Virus record (IMG/VR): IMGVR_UViG_3300010397_000004
Coordinates: 11,023-75,022 of that record
Direction: 5' to 3' (one strand)
From: a virus
Length of the DNA: 64,000 nt
The position numbers and the translations under genes are program-made. A model generated the notes under the pieces. It did no database searches. It worked only from the letters and a program-made list of their open reading frames with translations, and was not told the DNA's origin. Below are positions 18,162 to 26,450 of this stretch, piece after piece (within the stretch, counting starts at the first letter, position 1; each line of letters begins with the position of its first letter).

Positions 18162-18676
18162 CAACGTCTCCGCATCTGTGGTTCGGGGGGATTGCTGCGG
18201 TTCTCTTCGAGCATTTCGTCGAACAGGTTGAGCGACCGGGCGAGATGATTCAGGAGTGCTCGCTTCTGGCGGTCGGTCAGGATCGACCGCTGGTCGAGGC
18301 GGGCGAGGATATCCCGCACGACAGGCGGTAGGGGCGGCGGCGCGGACCCGACGGTTCCCAGTTCCTCACCGGTGGCCAGCCCGGCGCTGATCATCAGATC
18401 CCCGAGTCGGACGTTGAGCAGCGGCGCGATCTTCCGCAGCGTGTCAGTGTCGGGCGTGCTGGTGATGTTGCGCCGGATCCGGGAGATGCTCGACGCTGGT
18501 GCGCCGGAATCCCTGGCCAGGTCGGCGTCGCGCGAGTACCCGTTGAGGTTCATGAGCCTCTCGAGATAGGCACCGAAGTCGGGCTGCTGAGCTGTCGCTT
18601 TGGTGTTCACGGTGAGCACCGTAAACACGGAGACGGGCCCTTCGCGCAGGTCACCGCGGGCCGTGCTTGCATGCAT
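18161..18676 (-). CDS. Immunity repressor (XRE HTH)
   Basis: 'DLARDSGAPASSISRI...PDTDTLRKIAPLLNV'; divergent from cro-like gene; TAGGCT-N6-ATG suggests a leaderless start. Confidence 0.85.
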   Translation of the reverse strand: MHASTARGDLREGPVSVFTVLTVNTKATAQQPDFGAYLERLMNLNGYSRDADLARDSGAPASSISRIRRNITSTPDTDTLRKIAPLLNVRLGDLMISAGLATGEELGTVGSAPPPLPPVVRDILARLDQRSILTDRQKRALLNHLARSLNLFDEMLEENRSNPPEPQMRRR

Positions 18677-18808
18677 GCAATCAGCCTACGTTGATTGCTT
18701 ACGTGCACGCAAGCCAAACGGCGCGCGCCATGCGGGCGAGCACGCAGAAAACCTCGATGCACCCGTGCACGTGAGCACGGATTCTGATACGGTCCGTGCA
18801 TGCCAGCA
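18665..18808. promoter_or_regulatory. Genetic-switch operators (consensus about GCTTGCnTGCAnGCAAGC)
   Basis: gcttgcatgcatgcaatc at 18665, gcttacgtgcacgcaagc at 18697, weaker copies near 18759 and 18791. Confidence 0.65.
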
Positions 18809-19054
18809 AGCAAGGCGCCCGCCACGGTGCGAGTCCGGTTCAAGACCGAACGCGCCAACCAGATCGCAGAGGAGCGCGGCCTGCAACTGATCCGGGACCA
18901 GGCCCAGTTCTTCGGCGTCACCCCATCGAGCTACTCCCGAGTCATCAACGGCGTGGTCAACCCCGGCGAGGACTTCATCGCCTCGGTCCTGGCCTCGCAC
19001 CCCGGCGACGCCGACATCACGTGGGACGCCCTATTCGAGGTCGTCGAGGCATGA
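18800..19054 (+). CDS. Cro-like HTH protein (leaderless)
   Basis: 'QAQFFGVTPSSYSRVINGVVNPGEDFIA'; TACGGT-N6-ATG. Confidence 0.85.
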   Translation: MPASKAPATVRVRFKTERANQIAEERGLQLIRDQAQFFGVTPSSYSRVINGVVNPGEDFIASVLASHPGDADITWDALFEVVEA

Positions 19055-19404
19055 CCGCGGCCACCGTTCCCCAACCGGCCATCCCGGCCTGGCTCGTCGA
19101 CGCGACCATCGGTCTCGTCACCTCGGCCTATCAGGCCGGGCTGGCCGACCGGCCGGCCGTGCAGGCGAGCGCTCCAACGGACAGCACCGTGCTCGACCGG
19201 CTGGAGGCGGCCGCGCTGCTGCGCTGCAGCCGCACCAAGCTCGACGAGCTCGTCCGCCACGGCGTTGTGCCCAGCTTCAAGCTCGGCAACCGGCGGCTGT
19301 TCAACCGCGCCGACCTCGAGCAGTTCCTTGCGGCGCAACCGATGCCGTCCGCAGCCGCCTTGCCCCCGCGGGGCGGCGCGGCGCCTCAGCCGTCCTCCGG
19401 CTGA
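19051..19404 (+). CDS. Excisionase-like HTH_17 protein
   Basis: 'EAAALLRCSRTKLDELVRHGVVPSFKLGNRRLFNRADLEQFL'. Confidence 0.85.
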   Translation: MTAATVPQPAIPAWLVDATIGLVTSAYQAGLADRPAVQASAPTDSTVLDRLEAAALLRCSRTKLDELVRHGVVPSFKLGNRRLFNRADLEQFLAAQPMPSAAALPPRGGAAPQPSSG

Positions 19405-19506
19405 GAGCGGGAGGCGCGGTCCAGGGCCAGAGGCCGCGCCTCCCCACCCAAGCAAACGGGGCCGGTGTGCGCCGGCCCCGATGGACACGAAGGTGGAAGG
19501 AACCTC

Positions 19507-20007
19507 ATGTCTCTGTTGCAGGATGATACCGGAGTCGACCGGCGAAGAGCCGTGTGCGAAGCCGTCGTCTCCGACATGCGGGCCGACGCCGAGGCCGCGC
19601 ACGCCCTGCCGTTCAACCCCGGCAACGTCGCCACGCAGTTCTGCAACCAGGCTGCGGCCATCGCCTCTCTGGCCGAAGTGGTCGCCACTCTGTTGCCGAG
19701 ACCGGCGGCGGATGGACCGTCCACATTGGTCGGCGGTGCTGGTACCCGGCGCATGGTTTGGTTCCACATCGCCAACGCGATCCTCGACCGGCGCCTCCCG
19801 GAACCGCACCGGGTAACCCTGGTCGCCAACCTCGCACGGGCCACGCTGTGCGTCGACACCGTCGAGCAGGGTCGCGCGTGGGCGGAGTTCCTCGGCTGCC
19901 TGAGCAACGAGAGCTTCTTCGACGGACCGCTCCCCAGCTGGTACGCCCACCACGCCGACGGCCCGCTCGGTTGGTACTGGCACGTGCTGTGTGGTGACCG
20001 GGCATGA
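19507..20007 (+). CDS. Hypothetical protein
   Basis: GGAAGGAA RBS; stop overlaps the next start. Confidence 0.6.
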   Translation: MSLLQDDTGVDRRRAVCEAVVSDMRADAEAAHALPFNPGNVATQFCNQAAAIASLAEVVATLLPRPAADGPSTLVGGAGTRRMVWFHIANAILDRRLPEPHRVTLVANLARATLCVDTVEQGRAWAEFLGCLSNESFFDGPLPSWYAHHADGPLGWYWHVLCGDRA

Positions 20008-20618
20008 CCGCCGCCATCGCGCCCACCGCGCCCGCACCCCGCAGCCCCGAACCTGACGACGCAGCGGCCGGGATGTGGGCCCTCGTCGAACGCGCCCAGG
20101 CCGGCGAGTCGGCGGCGTTCGCCACGTTCTACGACCACTACTTCGACTTGGTGTTTCGGTACATCCGGTTCCGGGTCGGGAGCCAACCTCTCGCTGAGGA
20201 CCTGGCCTCGGACACCTTCCTGCGCGCCCTGAAGCGAATCAACAGCCTCACGTGGCAGGGCCGGGACCCAGGCGCGTGGTTGGTCACGATCGCCCGTAAC
20301 CTCATCGCGGACCACTACAAGTCCGGCCGGCACCGGCTTGAGGTGACGATCGGTGAGTTCGACGACAGCGATGTGCCCGATCTCGATAGCAGCCCCGAAC
20401 AGTTGGCGATCGAGTCTGGCACCGCGGCGACGCTCGCGGCAGCGGTCGAGATGCTCAACCCGTTGCAGCGCCGGTGCATCAAGCTCCGTTACTACGAGGG
20501 GCTGTCCGTTGCAGAGACAGCGGTGGCAATGGGCCGCGACCAGGGTGCGGTCAAGGCGCTGCAGTACCGGGCGATCCGGTCGTTGGCCCGGCAGCTCAAC
20601 GTGCAGGGGCTCCAATGA
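20004..20618 (+). CDS. ECF sigma factor, BldN/AdsA-like
   Basis: 'LVERAQAGE..AF', 'AEDLASDTFLRALKRI', 'TWQGRDPGAWLVTIARNLIADHYKS', 'GLSVAETA..MG...GAVKALQYRAIRSLAR'. Confidence 0.92.
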   Translation: MTAAIAPTAPAPRSPEPDDAAAGMWALVERAQAGESAAFATFYDHYFDLVFRYIRFRVGSQPLAEDLASDTFLRALKRINSLTWQGRDPGAWLVTIARNLIADHYKSGRHRLEVTIGEFDDSDVPDLDSSPEQLAIESGTAATLAAAVEMLNPLQRRCIKLRYYEGLSVAETAVAMGRDQGAVKALQYRAIRSLARQLNVQGLQ

Positions 20619-20980
20619 TCCGGGCCATTGTGGACAGAGGGCTGGACCTGCTGGTCGATGCGGCCCGTCAGGTGGGGCTGGCCCGGCCGGCCCGGTGGGG
20701 TCGGCACCGCGCTGGCTCCGGCCTGTCGACCATGCAGGCCGCGATCCGGCGTGAGGAGGACTGCCGGCGGGAGTTGGCCGGTCCGCTGGCCGCGTTCATG
20801 GCCGAGTTCGGTGACCTGCTGACCGCGTCGCCCGAGGTGAGTTCGGCCCGGCCATGCCCGGTTGTTGAGCGGCACCTGTTCCTGGTGCGGCAGTCGGTCC
20901 CGGTTTCCCCTGCCGGCGGACCGGTTGTGGGCGACGACGAGGATTGGGACCTGATCAATGTGTGGGCGGGTGCGTCGTGA
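20615..20980 (+). CDS. Hypothetical protein
   Basis: ATGA-coupled in the operon. Confidence 0.55.
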   Translation: MIRAIVDRGLDLLVDAARQVGLARPARWGRHRAGSGLSTMQAAIRREEDCRRELAGPLAAFMAEFGDLLTASPEVSSARPCPVVERHLFLVRQSVPVSPAGGPVVGDDEDWDLINVWAGAS

Positions 20981-21402
20981 GGGTGCTCGCGGTCGCTGAG
21001 GCCGGCGTCGTGCTGGTGCTGCTGGTGGTGATGGTCTGGCAGTTCCGTCGCCAGCGTGCCCGGGTGGACGTGCGGCCAGACCCCGACGTGGGGCTGCGCC
21101 TGATCCTCGAGGGCCCGGACCGGGTTGACGCGGCTGTTGCCGACGAAGCACCGGTCGCGCCCGCGCCCGCGCCGGCTGTGGTCACCGCGCCGGAGTACGA
21201 GGTTCCCCGGGCGTTGGTACCGGTCGAACCGGCACCCGTCGACGACCAGGCGGTCGCAACGCGGGAGACGTGGGCGACCCCGACCGCGCTGATCGGCACG
21301 CGCCGGGTTCACCGGTCGTGTGCGGAGGCGCGCCGCGATGGTCGGGTCGAGCGGGTGTGCGCCTTGTGCGTGCCAGTCCTCACCGGCGGTGGCCGTGGCT
21401 GA
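20977..21402 (+). CDS. Membrane-anchored hypothetical protein
   Basis: GTGA-coupled; N-terminal TM; C-terminal HxxC..CxxC. Confidence 0.55.
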   Translation: MRVLAVAEAGVVLVLLVVMVWQFRRQRARVDVRPDPDVGLRLILEGPDRVDAAVADEAPVAPAPAPAVVTAPEYEVPRALVPVEPAPVDDQAVATRETWATPTALIGTRRVHRSCAEARRDGRVERVCALCVPVLTGGGRG

Positions 21403-22426
21403 CAAGACGGGCATCCAGTGGACTGAGGCGACGTGGAACCCGCTGGTCGGGTGCACCGCGGTGAGCCCGGGCTGTGATCACTGCTACGCCGCGCGGGAGG
21501 CGTCGGGTCGGCTGTCGCAGCTGCCGCTGTACTCCGGGCTGGCCCGGGCCGGGGTGTTCACGGGCGAGGTGCGGCTGGTGTCCGATCGGCTGGACCAGCC
21601 GCTGCGGTGGCGCCGGCCGCGGCGGGTGTTCGTCAACTCGATGTCGGACCTGTTTCACGACGCGGTGCCGGACGAGTTCATCGTCGAGGTCTTCGCCCGC
21701 ATGTGGTGGTCGCCCAAGCACACGTTCCAGGTGCTGACAAAGCGCCACGGACGGCTGCGGTCCCTGCTCTCGCAGATCGAAGAGCAGCTGCGTCAGCGGG
21801 AGACTGACCTCGGGCTGGTTGACTGCCCGACACCGCTGCGGTGGCCGCTCCCGAACGTGTGGCTCGGTGTGTCGGTGGAGAACCAGAAGTGGGCCGACAT
21901 CCGAATCCCGGCCCTGCTCGACACCCCGGCTGCGGTGCGCTGGCTGTCGTGCGAACCTCTTCTCGGCCGGATTGACCTGACCCAATGGTTGTCACCCCGC
22001 CGGGCGGAGTGGGGCGAGCCGTACGCGGAGCCGACCAGCCCGGCCGGCCTGGTCGTGCGGGACCTCATCCTGCGTCCGGGCATCGACTGGGTGGTGGTCG
22101 GTGGCGAGTCCGGCCCGGCCGCCCGACCGATGCACCCAGACTCGGCACGCCTGCTGCGGGACCAGTGCACCGCAGCGGGCGTGCCGTTCTTCTTCAAGCA
22201 GTGGGGCGAGTGGGCGCCGTACGAGGTGGCGCGCCCCGTTGCGAGCGACCCGGGCACGTGCGCGGTGCACCCGTCGGGGATGACCGCACTGAGGCCGGAC
22301 AACCCCTTCGACCCGTTCGCCGCCGGACACCCCTACTGGACTTCGATGGTGCGCGCCGGCAAGAAGCGGGCCGGCCGCGAGCTGGACGGTCGCACCTGGG
22401 ACGAGTACCCGGAGGTCGACCTGTGA
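21395..22426 (+). CDS. Phage Gp37/Gp68 (DUF5131) family protein
   Basis: 'TGIQWTEATWNP..GCT.VSPGCDHCYA', 'FVNSMSDLFH', 'LTKR', 'SCEPLL', 'GGESG', 'FFFKQWG'. Confidence 0.92.
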   Translation: MADKTGIQWTEATWNPLVGCTAVSPGCDHCYAAREASGRLSQLPLYSGLARAGVFTGEVRLVSDRLDQPLRWRRPRRVFVNSMSDLFHDAVPDEFIVEVFARMWWSPKHTFQVLTKRHGRLRSLLSQIEEQLRQRETDLGLVDCPTPLRWPLPNVWLGVSVENQKWADIRIPALLDTPAAVRWLSCEPLLGRIDLTQWLSPRRAEWGEPYAEPTSPAGLVVRDLILRPGIDWVVVGGESGPAARPMHPDSARLLRDQCTAAGVPFFFKQWGEWAPYEVARPVASDPGTCAVHPSGMTALRPDNPFDPFAAGHPYWTSMVRAGKKRAGRELDGRTWDEYPEVDL

Positions 22427-22680
22427 CCGCCGGCATCCGCACCATGAGCGACCTGTCAGCCATGTGCGTCAACGGTTTCCACGACGCGTGCGACGACAAC
22501 CGGTGCCTGGACTACTGCCACGATGCCCCGGCCGAAGCGGTGCCGCTGTCCGAGGAGTGCGTGGGCCGGTACCACGAGGCGTGCCCGGACGGGCCGTGCG
22601 TCTGCGTGTGCCACCTGCCCGACCCGCTCGACCTCGACGACGAGTTCGGCCCGTGGCCCAGCGATGAGGAGGCGCGGTGA
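22423..22680 (+). CDS. Small protein with two tandem Cys/His motifs
   Basis: S..C....H..C....C...CH occurs twice; coupled at both ends. Confidence 0.6.
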   Translation: MTAGIRTMSDLSAMCVNGFHDACDDNRCLDYCHDAPAEAVPLSEECVGRYHEACPDGPCVCVCHLPDPLDLDDEFGPWPSDEEAR

Positions 22681-23891
22681 CGGCCGGCACGCTGGAGCAC
22701 CGCGGCCCGGCCAACGCCATCAGCGACGAGGAGGGCCGCCGCTGGTACGTGTTCGGCGAGGGCGACGACGCGGAACGGTTCGTGTCCGTCACCACCGCGC
22801 TGAGCGTGGTCCAGAAGGAGGGCCTGATCCGTTGGGCCACCTGGGAATCGGCCGACGCCGCGTTCGAGGAACTACCCAAGCTCGCCCGGTCGCTGCTGCG
22901 CCGGGAGTGCGGCAACACGTACAAGCGGTGCCAGCACGACTTCCGGGTCCGGTGTGTCGACTGCCCGTGCGGGGAGTGCCCCACATGCATGCGGAAGTGG
23001 ATCGCGAACCGGCACTACGGCATCACGTCCCGCCGGGCCGAGGAGGGCACCCGCGTCCACGACATCGTGGAGCACTGGGTCCTCAACGGTGGCGTGGTCG
23101 CCCCGCACGGCGACGACATCGCCCCGTACGTGGCCCAGTTCTTGGCCTGGGTGGCCGACTACGGGCTGACCCCGGACGCGTGGGAGATGGCCGAGGCCAC
23201 CGTCATCAACCGGGAGTACGGGTACGCCGGCACCCTCGACGCGATCGTCACGTTCCGGGCCGACGCCGGCCAGCTCTCCGCCGAGCTCGTGGCCAAGATG
23301 CTCGGCATCACGGTGTCGCAGGCGACCGCCGAGCATCGGGCCGTCACCGTGATCGTCGACCTGAAGTCGCGGGAGAAGGAAGAGGCCAAGCTGTACCCGG
23401 AGTACGCCCTGCAGGAGGCCGGGTACCGCAACGGCCAGGTGGTGCGGCTCCGCGACGGCCGTGAGATCCCCATGCCGGCCACCGACGGGGCGGTCATCGT
23501 GCAGGTCCGCCCCGACGGGTACCTGTGCCGGCCGGTCATCGCCGACGACACCACGTTCGGCGCGTTCCTGGCGGTGCTGAACCTGGCCCGCTGGTACTTC
23601 GAGCACGCCACCGCGTCGGTGTCATCGCGGTCGTTCAAAGTGCCGAAGGAACCCGAGGCGCCGAAGCCGGCCCGGGCCCCGCGGGCCGCGCCGGCGAAGA
23701 AGGCCGCCGCGCCGCGCAAGTCAGCGAAGCGGGCCGGTGTCGCGATCCAGGACGTGCCCGAACCGACGCTCCCGATCGACGCGCCTGCAGCCCGGCCGGT
23801 CAAGTCGATGTCGGCGATCATGCAGTCCGTGTCACGTCCGCTGGCCGACCCGGACCCGAACTCCCCGTACGGCGACGACATCCCGTTCTGA
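22677..23891 (+). CDS. PD-(D/E)XK exonuclease (RecE/Cas4-like) with Cys-rich insert
   Basis: 'SVTTAL', 'GTRVH', 'YAGTLD', 'VDLKS', 'LQEAGY'; ends DDIPF. Confidence 0.85.
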   Translation: MTAGTLEHRGPANAISDEEGRRWYVFGEGDDAERFVSVTTALSVVQKEGLIRWATWESADAAFEELPKLARSLLRRECGNTYKRCQHDFRVRCVDCPCGECPTCMRKWIANRHYGITSRRAEEGTRVHDIVEHWVLNGGVVAPHGDDIAPYVAQFLAWVADYGLTPDAWEMAEATVINREYGYAGTLDAIVTFRADAGQLSAELVAKMLGITVSQATAEHRAVTVIVDLKSREKEEAKLYPEYALQEAGYRNGQVVRLRDGREIPMPATDGAVIVQVRPDGYLCRPVIADDTTFGAFLAVLNLARWYFEHATASVSSRSFKVPKEPEAPKPARAPRAAPAKKAAAPRKSAKRAGVAIQDVPEPTLPIDAPAARPVKSMSAIMQSVSRPLADPDPNSPYGDDIPF

Positions 23892-23908
23892 GCACAAAGG
23901 ACAGACAC

Positions 23909-25096
23909 ATGGCAGGCAGAATCCTGACGCTCCAACGGCAGGTCCGCGAGCTCGGCCGGCTCCGCGCCGGGCTCACTGAAACGCGGGTGAAGGACGGCAG
24001 GGAGATCAGCTACCCGACGTCGTCGAAGACGTGGATCCTCACCTCGGCGAACCGGGACTACCTCGACGCCGCCGCCCAGCTGTGGGGTGGGGAGGTGACC
24101 GAGTGGCAGCCAGTCGGGAACGGGCCGAAGGCGTGGCGGGTCATCACCAACACCCCGGTCATCGACGCGATCCTGCCGCCAGGGGACCCGCTGTCGCAGC
24201 ACCAGGAGATGTGGTCACGCGGCGGGTGCCAGCGGCGGTGCGACGGTGAGCGGGAGCTGCTCACCGACCAGCCGTGCCTGTGCCGGGCCGAGCACGGCGA
24301 GGATTTCCACGAGCAGAAGCAGGGCACGGTGTGCGACATCCACACCCGGCTCAACGTGTTTCTTCCGGACCTGCCCGACATCGGTGTGTGGCGCGCGGAA
24401 ACGAAGGGGTTCTGGCCGGCCAACCACATCGCTGGCTACGTCGACATGATCAAAGGTCAGGTCGGGCCGAACGTGCTCGTGCCGGTCCGGTTGCGGATCG
24501 AGCCGCGCACCAAGGTGAAGGCCGGGAAGACGTCGCAGTTCATCGAGATCGTGGTCGAGCTGCGGAGCCGGGCCTCGTTCGCGGAGATCCTGAACGCGCC
24601 CGACGTCCTCGCCATCGGCGGCGGTCCCGAGCGCGCGGCGATCGGCGCCGGCCCCGCGCCCACCACCGCGGCGGCCGCGCCGGCGGCGGTCGGGCCGGGC
24701 CGGGCGACACCGGCGCAGTGGCGGGACCGGTTCGCCCAGGCCACCACCCTCGACGAGCTGCGTGCCATGTGGACCCCGGCCGGCCAGGACGAGGCCCTGG
24801 ACGAGGAGACCCGGAAAGCGTTCTGGGAAGCCAAGGGCCGCATCGATGGCCGGTCGCCAGCCTGGGCCGAGCAGCCCGTCGACGAGGCGCCCGCGGCCGA
24901 GCCGGTCGACGGCGAGGCCGAGCCGGACCGCGATGCGGTGTGGACCCAGGTCCTCACCGTCGCCGCGACGAAGGGCTGGAATCTCGCCGCGGTGACCGAA
25001 CGGCTGCACGCGGCCACGGGCAAGGCCCCGGCGGACGCGGACGGGTGGGCGCTGCAGCTGTTCCTCGACGCGGTCAACACCGGGCAGGTGGCGTGA
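23909..25096 (+). CDS. Recombination protein, Gp3-like (RDF-like) family
   Basis: 'LQRQVRELGRLRAG', 'WSRGGCQRRCDG', 'TRLNVFLPDLPDIGVWR.ETKG'; follows the exonuclease. Confidence 0.7.
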   Translation: MAGRILTLQRQVRELGRLRAGLTETRVKDGREISYPTSSKTWILTSANRDYLDAAAQLWGGEVTEWQPVGNGPKAWRVITNTPVIDAILPPGDPLSQHQEMWSRGGCQRRCDGERELLTDQPCLCRAEHGEDFHEQKQGTVCDIHTRLNVFLPDLPDIGVWRAETKGFWPANHIAGYVDMIKGQVGPNVLVPVRLRIEPRTKVKAGKTSQFIEIVVELRSRASFAEILNAPDVLAIGGGPERAAIGAGPAPTTAAAAPAAVGPGRATPAQWRDRFAQATTLDELRAMWTPAGQDEALDEETRKAFWEAKGRIDGRSPAWAEQPVDEAPAAEPVDGEAEPDRDAVWTQVLTVAATKGWNLAAVTERLHAATGKAPADADGWALQLFLDAVNTGQVA

Positions 25097-25620
25097 TGTC
25101 CAAACTGATGGACGCCAAGTGCCGCAACACCTACCGGTTGCTCAACCAGGGCGAGGTGTGGTTCCCGAAGGGTCGGCCACGCGTCGCGATCGCCGACATG
25201 GACCCGGAGTGGCGGTTCAACACCGCCCGGTTCCTGGAGCGCCGCGCCGCGGTGCTCGAGCTGCTGTACAGCATGGGCGAACTGGGGGTGCTCGGTGAGC
25301 CCACGATGCAGGCCGTTGTCGGCGAGGTGTGGGGCGAGACCGTCACGGCCGGCCCGTTGTTCTCCCACCTGGACCTGCTGGGCGAGCACGCTTCGGACGC
25401 CTTCGACCAGGAGCTCGAGCGCCGCGTAGGGGACCCGGTCGCGTGGCTGCGCACCACGCCGCTGTACCAGGCGCTGGTGGCCGGGCTGCCCCGCAGGGGC
25501 AAGCGCCTGGCCGCCCTGGCGGAGCGGGCCCGGCACTGGTCAACGTGCCCGGCCCGGACCGGGACCGGCGACTGCCTGTGCGACGACATCCGGGCCGCGG
25601 CTGCCGAGGTGGCAGCGTGA
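25096..25620 (+). CDS. Hypothetical protein
   Basis: TGATG coupling; 'DPVAWLRTTPLYQAL'. Confidence 0.65.
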   Translation: MSKLMDAKCRNTYRLLNQGEVWFPKGRPRVAIADMDPEWRFNTARFLERRAAVLELLYSMGELGVLGEPTMQAVVGEVWGETVTAGPLFSHLDLLGEHASDAFDQELERRVGDPVAWLRTTPLYQALVAGLPRRGKRLAALAERARHWSTCPARTGTGDCLCDDIRAAAAEVAA

Positions 25621-26450
25621 CCGCCTACCTGGACGGGCCGATGGTCGGGTTCGACACCGAGACCACCGGCATCGACGTCGAGCGGGACCGCATCGTGACC
25701 ACCTGCACCGTGCTGCTTCAGCCGGCTACCCCCACGTGGACGCAGAAGGTCACCTCCAACCTGATCGCGGTCGACGTGGACATCCCGGCCGCGGCCGAGG
25801 AGGTGCACGGCATCTCGACCAAGTTCGCCCGCGAGAACGGCGACCCGGCCCCTGTCGTGCTGGACGCGGTCGCTGACCAGCTGTACCGGGCGATGGCGGC
25901 CCGGATCCCGGTGGTCGGGTCCAACCTGGCGTACGACTTCACCATCCTCGACCGGGAGCTGCGCCGCCACGATCTGCCCACTGTGGACGAACGTCTCGGC
26001 CGTAGCCTCGGCCCGGTTATCGACGTGCTGGTGATCGACAAGTGGCTGGACCCGTACCGCAAGGGCAAACGGAAGCTCACTGACCTGTGCGAGCACTACG
26101 GCATCGAGCTGGTCGGGGCGCACGACTCCACGGTGGACGCGTTGGCGGCGGCCCGGGTGGCGTACCGGATGGGTCTGCTGGCGCGCACGAACTACCGGGA
26201 ACGGCTGGCCCAGCCCAACCCGCCCATGTACCCGGCGTTCCACCGGCTGGGCCACACCGGGGTCGCCGCCCGCTACCGGGAGCTCGCCGGGTTCAGCATG
26301 GCCGAGCTGCACGACGGCCAGGTGGTGTGGCGGGCCGAGCAGTGCGACAGTCTGCGCGCGCACTTCGACGCGCGGGGGGTCGCCCACGACGGGGTGCGCG
26401 GCGACTGGCCGATGATTCCGTTCGCCCTGGTGCCGGACGGTGCGGTGTGA
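25617..26450 (+). CDS. DnaQ-like 3'-5' exonuclease
   Basis: 'GFDTETTG', 'NLAYDFTIL', 'AHDSTVDA' (DEDDh). Confidence 0.9.
   Translation: MTAYLDGPMVGFDTETTGIDVERDRIVTTCTVLLQPATPTWTQKVTSNLIAVDVDIPAAAEEVHGISTKFARENGDPAPVVLDAVADQLYRAMAARIPVVGSNLAYDFTILDRELRRHDLPTVDERLGRSLGPVIDVLVIDKWLDPYRKGKRKLTDLCEHYGIELVGAHDSTVDALAAARVAYRMGLLARTNYRERLAQPNPPMYPAFHRLGHTGVAARYRELAGFSMAELHDGQVVWRAEQCDSLRAHFDARGVAHDGVRGDWPMIPFALVPDGAV

Noticed and set aside
22677-23891. Cas4-like nuclease as a CRISPR component
   Set aside because: Context is a phage recombination module with no array or other cas genes.
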